DNA of 64,000 nt from Eledone cirrhosa (taxonomy: Eukaryota). The translations under genes and the position numbers were made by a program. The notes under the pieces are model-generated. The model did no database searches. It was not told the origin of the DNA and saw nothing but the letters and a program-made list of their open reading frames with translations. Location: assembly GCA_964016885.1 (NCBI GenBank), contig OZ024740.1:61318001-61382000 (forward strand), written 5' to 3'. Below are positions 52,873-64,000 of the stretch, one piece after another; position 1 is the first letter of the stretch, and each line of letters opens with the position of its first letter.

Positions 52873-55623
52873 CGGTATTTGTTAAATCATGTATTTAGCA
52901 CTGATTACCAAAATACTTAATAATTTGAAATAGAGCCCTTACATCTCACATTTGTCCCGAGCTTATAAACAACTTCGGAGGCCTACGTTTTATATCTGGC
53001 CCAGGCTTATAACTATCATTGTTTGGGCTTTATCAAAGGGTTTCTCGATCAGGGATGACTTGAGATTCAACAACAACTATCGCTACCACTTCAATGAGTT
53101 CTTACATTAGTACAACTGTAGCAAACTATTCAAATTCCTCCAGTACATAACTGACAAGGATAAAGTAGTTATTTTATTGACTCTTGTGAAATAAAGTGTA
53201 CACATTTGGCTCTGGTGGGATTCGAACTCAGAGAGGCATAAGTAAAATACTCGATAGATCTCAACGCAACTCTCTAACAGCTCTGCCAACTCTTCCCCCT
53301 CAATTCGTCGCCTTACTGCCACACTCTTTCAACGACTCTACTACTACCACTACCACCATTAGTACCCCAGTCAGCTGACTTCTCTTCCTCCCCTCTCACG
53401 TCACTCATCCCTTACCCACCAACGTTGACAAAATGTGACCGGCTTATCACATCATTCCTTTCCCCTTCTGGACGTCATCTGTCTTAATCCCTTCCCCTCT
53501 CATATCTTTTCCCATTCCACCACACTTTCTTCTTTCTATCCTCTTCCCCCTCTTGGACTTAGTACCTCCTCTCCCATCTCTCTCATATGGACTTTCCACC
53601 TCCTTTCCCAACTGACACTGAAACTAAAATTATGAACAGCCGGTTGACTTAAGAAACACTGCAAAAATTTGAAATTGTAATCGTACCATCATAAATGACT
53701 ATAATAATTGTTTATACTTTTGGCACAAGACCAGCAATTAATCTCAGTGCATTACTGGTACTTTATTTTATCGACCCCGTAAGGATGAAAGGCAAAGTTA
53801 ACCTCGGTGGGATTTGAACTCAAAACGTAATGACTATAATTACTGTTTCTACTTTTGATACAAGGCCAATAATTTGAAGGGAGGGGAAAATCGATTAAAT
53901 CGACGCCAGTACATTATTGGTGCTTTATTTTATCGACCCTGTAAGGATGAAAGGCAAAGCTAACTTCGGTGGGGATTTGAACACAGTCCTATAATAATAG
54001 TCGATCAGTATAAATAGTTGAAGAAATCGGAGACGGAGAAAGTAAACAGAAGCGACTCTCTCCACTTATTATTTTACGTTGAGAAGATTACATTTCAAAT
54101 TTAAATTATATTGTAAAGCTTACCTTCATCTATATCACCACCACCACTACTACCACCATTACTAATAACACCGTTTCTACCTTTATCACCGCTACCACCA
54201 TCCTCAGTAACACCGTTTCTATATCCCCCGCCAGCACCGACATCACAACCTCTACTAGTCACCCTCTTTCCATGTAACTATCTGTCACTGTGTCACTTTT
54301 ATCCTCTTCCTTCTCCTCGGTATATAAGCAGCGATATACCACACCACCACCCTATCATATAACATTACTTTTACACTGTCTCTCTCTCGCTTTTCCTCTC
54401 GCTTTCCAGTTAACCTTTGTCTGATATTTCTACCTGTCTCTTTCTATCTTTTTATCTCCCTCATCCTTTTCCTCAGTATAGAAACGGCTTTACGTCCCCT
54501 CCCTATATAGTATTGCCTGTTTTTGCGTTCACCCTCACTCTCTCGCTTTGTTTCTTTTTTTTTTGCTTTGTCTCTCTCTCTCTCTCTCTCTTTCTCTCCT
54601 TTCCATCTCCCTATCTTAACTACCTTATCTCACACTTCCTCACTTTTATTCTCCTCCTCCTTCTTCTTCCTAGTGGATAAGCCGCAACGATACATCTCCC
54701 CCTTGATTCCCCCTCACTCACTGTCTTTGCCTCTCTCTCTCTCTTTCCTTCCTTTCCATATATCATCTATCAACTTCTGGCTGTTATCCTCCACCTCCTC
54801 CGTATGTAAACAGTAACGACACCTACCCCACCTCCATGCTTTTACCCCTCCCCCCTCTCTCTGTCCCTACCTCTCTTTTTCTTCCTCCCTTCTATATATA
54901 AATTATCTACCTATCTTTCTATCTGCCATTTTCTCTTTCTCGCTTTTATCCTCCTCCCCTTGTCATATAGTACTGCCTGTCTATAACAACTAACGTTGCC
55001 ATCACAACCGTTTAAACCCAGCCATTGTGCTATGGGTTCATTCCCCCTTCTCCCCCTTCAGCTGGAAATGGCAGGTGACAATCTTCGTTTTTTGCTTTTT
55101 ATTTCATTGGTTTTTCTATTTTCTTTTTGTTTTATTTTTAAAAAAAAACACGGCTCACTTTAAACAATAGAGCCTCTGTATATATTTCATTTGTCCCAGC
55201 AACGTCTGAAAGTCATAGCGAAACGTTGTTTGTTGTATATAGCAATCAAGTTTTATAACTACTAACTTTACATATACACTTAGTGACATATACGCAATCA
55301 AACATCGTCACCATTACCACTAAAAATAGGGTGTTTTTTGTCTTCGATTAAAAGAAATTCCACCACTAACGCAACCACTCAGATATTCTAAAGATGAATG
55401 GGTTGTTTTGAAAGCCATACGATGTATATAGTTAAGGTTGTTGAAAGTGTAACACATGAACACATCGTCACAAGCAAAATAATCGACCATAATTGTTTCT
55501 ACTTTTTGGCACAAGGCCAGCAATTATTCAGTGCATTACTGGTACTTTATGTTATCAACCTCGTAAGGATGAAAGACAAAGTAAACCTCGGCGGGATTCG
55601 AACTCAGAATGGCAAAATACGCT

Positions 55624-55676
<53 letters not shown>

Positions 55677-55689
55677 CAAAGAGATATTT

Positions 55690-56105
55690 AATTTGTTGGT
55701 AATTCAACAAATATATTTATAACAGATTCGAAGCACTCGACAAGTTTTCTGGAGTATAATATCAATGATATTAATAAATGGAAACTATATTTATAAAACC
55801 ATATTTATTCTATTATATATATTTCAAGGGTACCAATACTTTGGTACGCCCTCATCAGATAAAATACAAAATTTGTTTTATAAATAGTGACATACCCAGG
55901 AATCAGACCTTATCGGTTCAAACGGAACTATCCAAGCGGAACCTGAACCGTTAAGGTCTGATTCCTGGGTATGTCACTATTTATAAAACAAATTTTGTAT
56001 TTTATCTGATGAGGGCGTACCAAAGTTTTGGTACCCTTGAAATATATATAATAGAATAAATATGGTTTTATAAATATAGTTTCCATTTATTAATATCATT
56101 GATAT
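55690..56105. mobile_element. Fold-back element family A, 162-bp arms
   Basis: Arms 55759-55920 / 55944-56105 nearly perfect, 23-nt loop; contains CTGATGAGGGCGTACCAA..TTGGTACCCTTGAAA; tail homologous to 32382-32440. Confidence 0.85.
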
Positions 56106-56153
56106 ATATATATATATATATATATAAATAATTGTTTCTACATTTGGCACATA

Positions 56154-56510
56154 ATAATAATACAAGGACGAATGGTTACTCCTTCATTACGTTTATTGGT
56201 TGGTGATGCTCGATTCACTACTGATCAGTTCAAGGTTCGATCTGAATCGATCTGGCCCAACTCTGGAATCAAAAGCTCACTGGACCTCTTGATTCCAGAG
56301 TTGGGCCAGATCGATACAGATCAAACTTTGAGTTGATCAGTAGGGAAACACGCGTCACCAACCAATAAACAAAATGGAGTAACCATTCGTCCTTGTATTA
56401 TTATATTACACTCTGTCTAGCTCTACACCTCGCTACTGAACGTCAAGTGCTCACTTGAGTGAACCTACAGTAACTTTGCGTTACACTCCCTTGACTTTGA
56501 ATTATATTTA
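56154..56510. mobile_element. Fold-back element family F (diverged arms)
   Basis: Arms ~56154-56272 / 56289-56404; GAAAC-ACGCGT-C palindromic motif; one-sided tail. Confidence 0.72.
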
Positions 56511-57940
56511 GGTCTTTCTGTTGAGAGTTTGATAGATATCTTTCACCTCCCATCATTATCAGTAGGGTGTCTGACAACATGCTTCGTGGCATAAAGTGAC
56601 GGTCCTTTACATTCTGAGTTCAAATCCTGCAGAAGTTAGCTTTGCCTTTCATCCTCACAGGGTCGATAACATAAAGTACCAGTAACACACTGGGTCAATT
56701 TAATCCACTTTGCCCTTCCCTTCAAATTGCTAGCCTTGTGTCAAAAGTAGAAACAATTATTTTCATCTATCCACATTTTTCAGCCCACAACTTAATATAT
56801 TTGCAGCTTAACTTTCATTCTCTTGTCACTATAGAGCTGAGGATTATCACATATTAATAAAAATACTATAAATGAAGTATTCCTGTTACCTTATTATCTT
56901 CATTATCTTCATTATTATCATCATTGTCATTGTAATCATTCTCATCAATGTCCCCATCATCGTCATTGACATTGTCACCGTTTTCATCATCATTGTCATT
57001 GCTTTCACTTGTGCCTTTTCTCTTCCTCTCCTTCATGGACCTGCAATACAGTATTTTACATTCACGTTCTACATTGGCATGGGTTTAATGGGTTGTCATG
57101 GTCTGAATCAAGACAGGTCACAGTGACTAGCCATGCTTGTTACATTCCATATCTGGCATGATTTCTATGGCTGGATGCCTTTAGAACACCAACCACACTA
57201 CAGGGTGTGCTAGGTGCTTTTTCATTACACAAGCATAGGTGTGTTTTTCATGACACCAACACTAACACTTTATAGTGTGTACTGGATGCATTTTATTGTG
57301 GTATCAACACTAGACAGTTTGTCTCATGCTAGGCTAGACTGTACAGCTCTCACAAATCCAGAATTGTCTCCATTTGATTGCAATTATCAAACTATGTAGC
57401 CTCCAGTCTGTTACCATGTTTACTTTTAGTGTCACATTGCTTATGCTTGTGGATGTGTCTTTTGCATTATGGCACATTGTCCCTCAGCTTGTTCTTGTGT
57501 CATCACCTGCATGTATTATTTTACCTGTGGAGACATCTTCAATCTGATCTAACCACATTCTTCCACTATCTTCCTTTCTTTGATCTTTATCTACTATCCA
57601 TACTGTTCTACAGTCAGTACATGACAATTTTTACAATCTAGGGCTTTACATCCAATCACATCTCTGTCAAAGGCAGTGGATAGCTGCTTTTGTTTGGTTC
57701 TTTGCATTCTCAATTTAAATAACCACCGAGGCCTATTTGAGTTAGAACCTGAAACCATGGGATTGTGAAACTAACTTTTTAACTACACAGTCATGACTGC
57801 ACATAGAAAGTCAAACAAAAGCCTTAGCTTAGTAATGGCCCTTTACATTCTGAGTTGAAACTTCACTGGGGTAGAATTTGCTTTTATTCCCTCTGCAAGT
57901 CAGTGAAATACTACAGGTAATTTGAGGTCTTGTGTCTATA

Positions 57941-58116
57941 CAGGTAAAATTACATTATAATGAATACCATTATAACAAATTTTTCAGTATAACAAACATT
58001 TTTTCAATCCCCGGCCACATACTTGATGTGTTAGGTCGATCTCGTTATAAAGAATTTTTCATTACAACAAATTATTTTTTATACCCTGTCAATTTCATTA
58101 TAAAAGAATGTCACTG
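57941..58116. mobile_element. pogo/Tigger-type MITE
   Basis: TA-CAG...CATTATAA / TTCATTATAA...CACTG-TA ends with internal (C/G)TTATAA repeats. Confidence 0.65.
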
Positions 58117-59696
58117 TATTAGAAATCATATTATACTCGAGACTGAGTTAGTTATCCAGCATATGCGAATAGGCAGAGTGCAAGACAAACTTCTTTTCAA
58201 TATTTGTTCCAGCTCTCTCCACTCTGAATTCAAACCCTGTTGAAGACAACTTTGCCTTTCATCTCTTGAAGGTCAATAAAATAAAGTACTAGTCTAGAAC
58301 AGTGGATTGATGGAATTACTGAAGCATTGGATGAGATAATTTGCAGTATTTACTGTGGGTCTTTGCATTTTAAGTTCAAATGTGGCCTACTTGGGTTGAA
58401 GACTTAATTTGTCATCTGTTTTAACACCACCACCTTATACTTGAATGCCTTTAACAAAGTCCACCCTGTTGCAAACATATAAGCCAAGTCTCCAGGGGTA
58501 GTACCTATCATGTTTAGACTGAGTTCACCTTTTCTGCTGCTGACAGAATCGACAGCTAACAAAAGAGCCTGTAAAATAGTGGTCCCTAATCTTCTTTTAC
58601 TCTATGCTCCACCATAACACCTTGAAATATTTTATGACCCTATCACCCCAAATAAAACAAGTTTCATGGTAAAAAGATATACTGTAAAATTTAGAAAAAT
58701 TGCACCCAAAATATTCAAATTGACTTTCTGTAGGGCATGCACCCTAAATTCAGAATCCTTTCTCTGCATGTTTATTTGACCTGCTTGAAATAGCAGCCAA
58801 ATCTCCCTGAAATCACACCATAGCATCTTAGAAAAAGTAAGAGACACATTGGATAATTTAGTCTTAGATAGCCCTAAAAAGAAGGGATAGTACAGCTGTA
58901 GTGCTTTTGATCATAAGTCTTCTTGAATAAGGTTTACTAAATAACAATAACATTAAACATAGAAAAAGAGTCTTTATAGAATAGAGCAGAAAACTTTCAA
59001 TCACAACCTTTTTAGATGGATCAGAAAATGCCAGGATATTTAGAAAACTTAAATGCTTTTAATACACTTCGCTGTTTCATAATATTCCTTCAACAATGCT
59101 GATTATGTATGTAGAAGCCTGTCATATATATATATGTGTGTATATATATATATACGTAAACAAGACCGCTATTGCTCCAACCAATCTATTCACCATCGAT
59201 AACTACCTTAAATATACATACACTTATACCACACATTTTCTGTATAAGAATAGACATTAAATATCCATTATAACCTGCAACGACTACAATCCCATTATGT
59301 AATACACCTTGCTCCACCCTCTCCAGTATACTCTACTTTAAACTCTCAAGCAATTCCCCCAAGATGATGTGATGCAACACATCAGAAGGCCCAGGTTTCA
59401 AATAAACATAATATACTTACTCAAATTCAAAACATAATTAAGATTAAATAAAATACTAAGCTATTAAAAAAAAAAGAGTGAAACAATCAAAGACGAAGAA
59501 TAGAAGAAGTCTAGTTCCTACTCCATATCCTATAAACCACAATAAGAATATGGAAAATACCCAAATTTATTCATAAATAAGTGACATGAGTGGAATGAAT
59601 CCATGATAAAAAATAGAAATATGATATCAGAAAATATTATAACAAGAAGGCGACGCAAGAGATATAAATCTCAGTGTCATTATTAATATAAAATAA

Positions 59697-59887
59697 GGGC
59701 GGTGGATTGGCAGTATCGGTAGAGAGTCGGACGCCATGCTTTCCAGCATAGTTACGTCCCTTTACGATCTGAGTTCAAATCCCGCCGAGGTTGACTTTGC
59801 CTTTCATCCTTACGGGGTCGATAAAATAAAGTACCAGTAATGCACTGGGTAATTGCTGGCCTTGTGCCTAAAGTAGAAACAATTATT
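59697..59887 (+). mobile_element. tRNA-derived SINE, young full-length copy with long TSD
   Basis: Flanked by ATTATTAATATAAAATAA on both sides (overlapping the tail); intact A and B boxes. Confidence 0.95.
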
Positions 59888-60559
59888 AATATAAAATAAA
59901 CATATAATCACTTGAATGTAAACCACAATTAAGTTTAATTAAATATACAAACATAAAAAAGTATATATATATGAGCTTAAAATATACAAACATAAAATAT
60001 TCAGCAAAAGATTTTAATGGAACAAGACTTACCCATCCGTTTAGTCAAGTTGTTGGCAATAAAGTAAGAGACTTAGTGCTTTGGTCAAGTTATGGTAACA
60101 ATTAATACATTAAAAAAAACATATACCTCCCTCCTTATTATTAACATATAACTAGTAATCCTGCCCACTAATCAGTGACAACACCAGACCCAACCACTAG
60201 AACTAAACATATAAATAGACAAAAAAAAGCTTGAAACTTGAGACTGACCAGATACTATTACTGAAATTTCAAAGTCAATTGAATATCAACAAAAGTTTAT
60301 AGAATTTTATTATCCCTAAACAAAGCTAAATTCTAAATAAGTCATCATAGCCTACAGTTTAAGGTTCTGCAGTTTCAGTGTAAAATTATACAAGCTTCTA
60401 CTACCTTAAAGCAAATAAGTTAAATTTCAAAGTCATGTGTCTCTCATCTGCAAACTAGAAATAACCCCAAATTTTCCCCAAATCTCTCCATTAGCACCAA
60501 GGCACCTATGAAAACAGTGTCCTACCCTGTCCTTCCGTGTGTTTTAAAAGTGTATTCAC

Positions 60560-60890
60560 TACTTCTGTAAAAACATTCATCTTATTCTACCATAGTGTAC
60601 TTGGCTAGAAAACACATTGTATTCTAAGGATATTGGTGCACATCTAGAGACAAAAGGCATTCAAGCCAACTTATTACTAAAATCCTTAGTCTTATTGTAG
60701 ACCTTTGTAACTATCGTCTCACTGCCTATTTCAATAGTGATGTCTAAATAATTAATCTTGCTAATGTCACATCCATTCCTATTCACATCTAAACTCTTCA
60801 GGTAGATCTTGTGTAGCAAACCCTCGAAATGCTTGTAATTAGAAACAACTATATCATCAATGTACCTACAACATCCATCCAACTGCCTAA
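60560..60890 (-). mobile_element. Penelope-like RT fragment (different family from 29-32 kb)
   Basis: CRYIDDI...INYLDITI...TKVYNKTKDF matches PLE RT domains 5-7. Confidence 0.72.
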
Positions 60891-60994
60891 TATATATATA
60901 TGTTCACTCATTCTCTTTATCTTATGTTTATTTTTAACCGGCTACTTTCCCAGTAGCAAGGCTGTAAAGAAAATGAAATTATCATTGTATCTTG

Positions 60995-62625
60995 TGCAAT
61001 CATACATCCTTTGAATAGAAAGAATGTTTTGCAGATTTTGAATGTTCCAGATTTCGTGGCCATTGTAGCTTATAAATGAAGAAATATGTCCTTTCTCCAC
61101 AAATCCAAACTCTGTTATACTTTAGTCCAGGTGGGTTGGTATATAACCTATAGTTCCAATAATAATGAGCATGAAGCTGAATGTCTGTTGGGTACTGGAT
61201 CTGCAAACTCCTCATCAATTGTCTGTAGGTATCTTCCTTCTCTTGGATTTTTCTTACCACATTGACATCAAATGGCTGGCTGACTTCTACAACAGAGAGC
61301 ATGTTTTTAATGTGTGGTCCCTAACAACATTACAGGCTGGTTGTGCTTTAATTTGTTGGTGGTTTTTATTTTTAGGTTCCACCAGTATTTCTTTGAGCTA
61401 TCAGTCTCAATATATTCCTTCTTATTCAATTTACTTTCATCTTTAATGCATTCCAGATTGTTCTAGCTATCACATCATGCCTCTTGGAAAGGTAGTTACG
61501 TGGAGACATCCTTTCACAATTAGCAATAATGTGGCTAACATCTTAAGTCTTTGTTTTACACAGCCTACATTTATTGTCAACTGATGACCTTCCTCTTTTG
61601 TGCACTAGGGGATTTTTTGTTCCTGGATTGCAGGAAGATATCCTTCAGGATGGGATGCTATAAACTTATCAGAACTCCATGTCAGACTTTTAGTATGATT
61701 TGTCCCCCCTGTGGTCTGTGTTTTTCATCTCAATCTACTCAGTAAATTGGTCCATTTTTTATTTTGTTCAATGTTCCTGAGAAAGATTTGTATCTACTTT
61801 TATTTCATGTCCCTCCTCTAGATCAGTGGCTATCCTAACAATATTATTATTTTCATGTTCATAAACCTGGGTAAGATGGCTGTTGAAGATGTTGCCAACC
61901 ACCCTTCTTGCATGAGAAGTATAGCCTATCCACATCACCATTGATGTTAAAGTTTCCAGTAACACTTAGCTCCTTGTGAGTCCTTAAATCCACCTTGCTC
62001 AGTTCTTACAATGACCAGTTCAGCAGACTAAATGTTGGCATTAGGAGAGCACAACAAAAGTATTATGGGCAATGAACTTGTTGCACACTTAGAGTTCTGA
62101 TGACCATATTTTCTTTACTCTCTTGAGGTATTCATTCCTGGTCCTTTCCTTATTTATGGGTCCATCATATCTGACATTCTCACCCTGTCCAAGATACCTA
62201 TAGTTGTCGCCTGACTGTAGAGGTTGTATCCTCAAACCGTTCATTTTTAGGTTTTCAAAGGAGGACACAAATTGTCCACATTTTATTGTCAAAAATACAT
62301 ATTTAGTCTCACCAACTTTCATTCCAATATCTGTAGAAAATTGGATTATGAGGGGTCTAATTGTTTATTTATGGGGTTAATATTTGGCCCATACAATTTC
62401 TGGTCATCAACAAAAAACAAAGATGGAAGATACTTCTAGAGTCATTTTATATGGCCATTATGTTTTGTAAGCAGGTATGAAAGTGGGTTTAATGAGAGGA
62501 CGAAGAGCAGCACTGGCAAGCTGTCACCCTGAAAAATACCTTTTTTGGTAGTGAATGTTATTAGACTTGCTCCTCATCACCCTTAATGTGCAAAGTGGTT
62601 CACAAAGTCTTGGTCAGATATTCGA
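60995..62625 (-). mobile_element. Degenerate R4/Dong-like LINE (RT to REL)
   Basis: Minus strand GIFQGDSL..LFVLSLNP, FVDD, YRYLG, RVKKIWSSEL, then zinc-knuckle/REL remnants (VVEVS.P.DVN). Confidence 0.82.
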
Positions 62626-64000
62626 AAGTAGCTACTAGGTATTATGGGTCCAATAGATATTCATGGGCCCCTCCTTGGTTCCTTGGGCCCTAAAGTAATG
62701 TATCAGCTGAACCCTGCTCAGATTCAATACTGCAATATATAATGAACCACTGCATGTCATAATGTGCAATATTGTCCTCAGCGAGACAGAAGCATGGCTT
62801 AGCAGGAGTTTTGGAGCTGTGTATATTAAACTAAGTCATTTAAATGACTACTAAATGACAAGTCTGCTCAACCAGAACTGATCTGGGCCTACAACAACAA
62901 TAACAACTACAACAAAACCTTTGAAGTAAAATCAATTCAAACTCTCTGTAAATCTCATAAGATAATGGATCTGTGTCATGAAAATTCCCCTTGCAGACAC
63001 AGGCTTGGCCAAAGGATTTTGTGTACCTTGTTAGTCTGCATGTATTTTCATATTGACACCAGTTGAACAAATAGTGATGTTTGCTTATGACCTGCAGCTC
63101 AACATGTAAATTTCAGTAGAACAAATATCTTATTTAATTATTAACATCCTCTAATGATTTAGCAGAAAATATCTAAAAGTGGGTTTGTTAATTCAAATAT
63201 TTGTAGTATACATGATAGGTTTGAAGATACATGGAAGTGCCTGGCCTAGTAGTTAAGGTGTTGGATTTATGATCATAATGTGATGGGTTCGATTCCTGGA
63301 CCCAGTGGCATATTGTGTTCTTGAGAATGATACTTCATTTCACAGTGTTCCAATATACTCAGCTGAAAATAAATACCAGCAGTAACTAGGGGTTATTTCT
63401 GCAATAGACAGGTGTCATGTTCAGGAGGAAAGTCTTGTATTCTCAGCCACTTATTGCTAATGGAAAATGAAACCAGGAATAAGCACCAGCCTGAAGGATT
63501 AGGACAGATCATTGTGAAAAATTTGTAATTCTCTTTCTCTCTCTCTCTATCTCTATCTCTCTATCTCCCCCCTCTTTCCCCCCTCTCTCTCTCCCTCTCT
63601 CATATATATATGTAGAAAATATCCAAAGGTGGGAAAAAGAAAAATAGTGATCAATCTGGACGAGAGCGAATATGTTATACCATTTATTTATGTTCATACA
63701 TGCTACAAAAGCGCTACTTAAGGTTTCAAAGCCCAATCTGAAGATATGGTCAATATTGGGCCTTGAAATCTTAGGTAGCGCTTTTGATCATAAATAAATA
63801 GTATATATATCATCATCATCACTGTTTTACATCTATTTCTCCATGCATGCATGTGTTAGACAGGTCATCCAGGTCATGAGATATGTCTGGCCAGCTGGCC
63901 GCGCCGTACCTTTATCAGACAGAACCTAATTTCTCTCTCTCTCTATATATATATATGCCAAGTACGCAAGAAGAAGAACATATTTTTTGCCTGCAGCATA

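Noticed and set aside
59355-59410. Hammerhead-like GATGATGTGATGCAACACATCAGAAG
   Set aside because: The core deviates at essential positions; at most a decayed PLE end. The motif at ~50700-50735 is similarly too degenerate to call.

Overview
AT-rich, microsatellite-dense animal genomic DNA; the SINE families and repeat landscape suggest an octopus/coleoid cephalopod (inference). One host gene is visible: a ~2.9-kb coding exon (1868-4740, +) of a FoxN1/4-type forkhead transcription factor. It has a ~925-aa poly-T/S/N/Q N-terminus and ends inside the forkhead domain at a GTAAGT donor. I found no downstream forkhead exon by eye, so the remaining ~59 kb appears to be one intron. That intron holds >25 tRNA-derived SINEs, degenerate LINEs (RTE, R4/Dong, CRE-like, Tx1-like), hAT/pogo MITEs, Helentron-type elements, two minisatellites and one Penelope-like element (RT + GIY-YIG) with identical inverted ends. 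The most striking pattern is a set of short non-coding fold-back or terminal fragments from several unrelated families, mostly embedded in (TA)n tracts. Several carry minimal hammerhead-ribozyme motifs. A 3' motif also appears to be shared between an R4-like LINE, the dominant SINE and a SINE-derived satellite.
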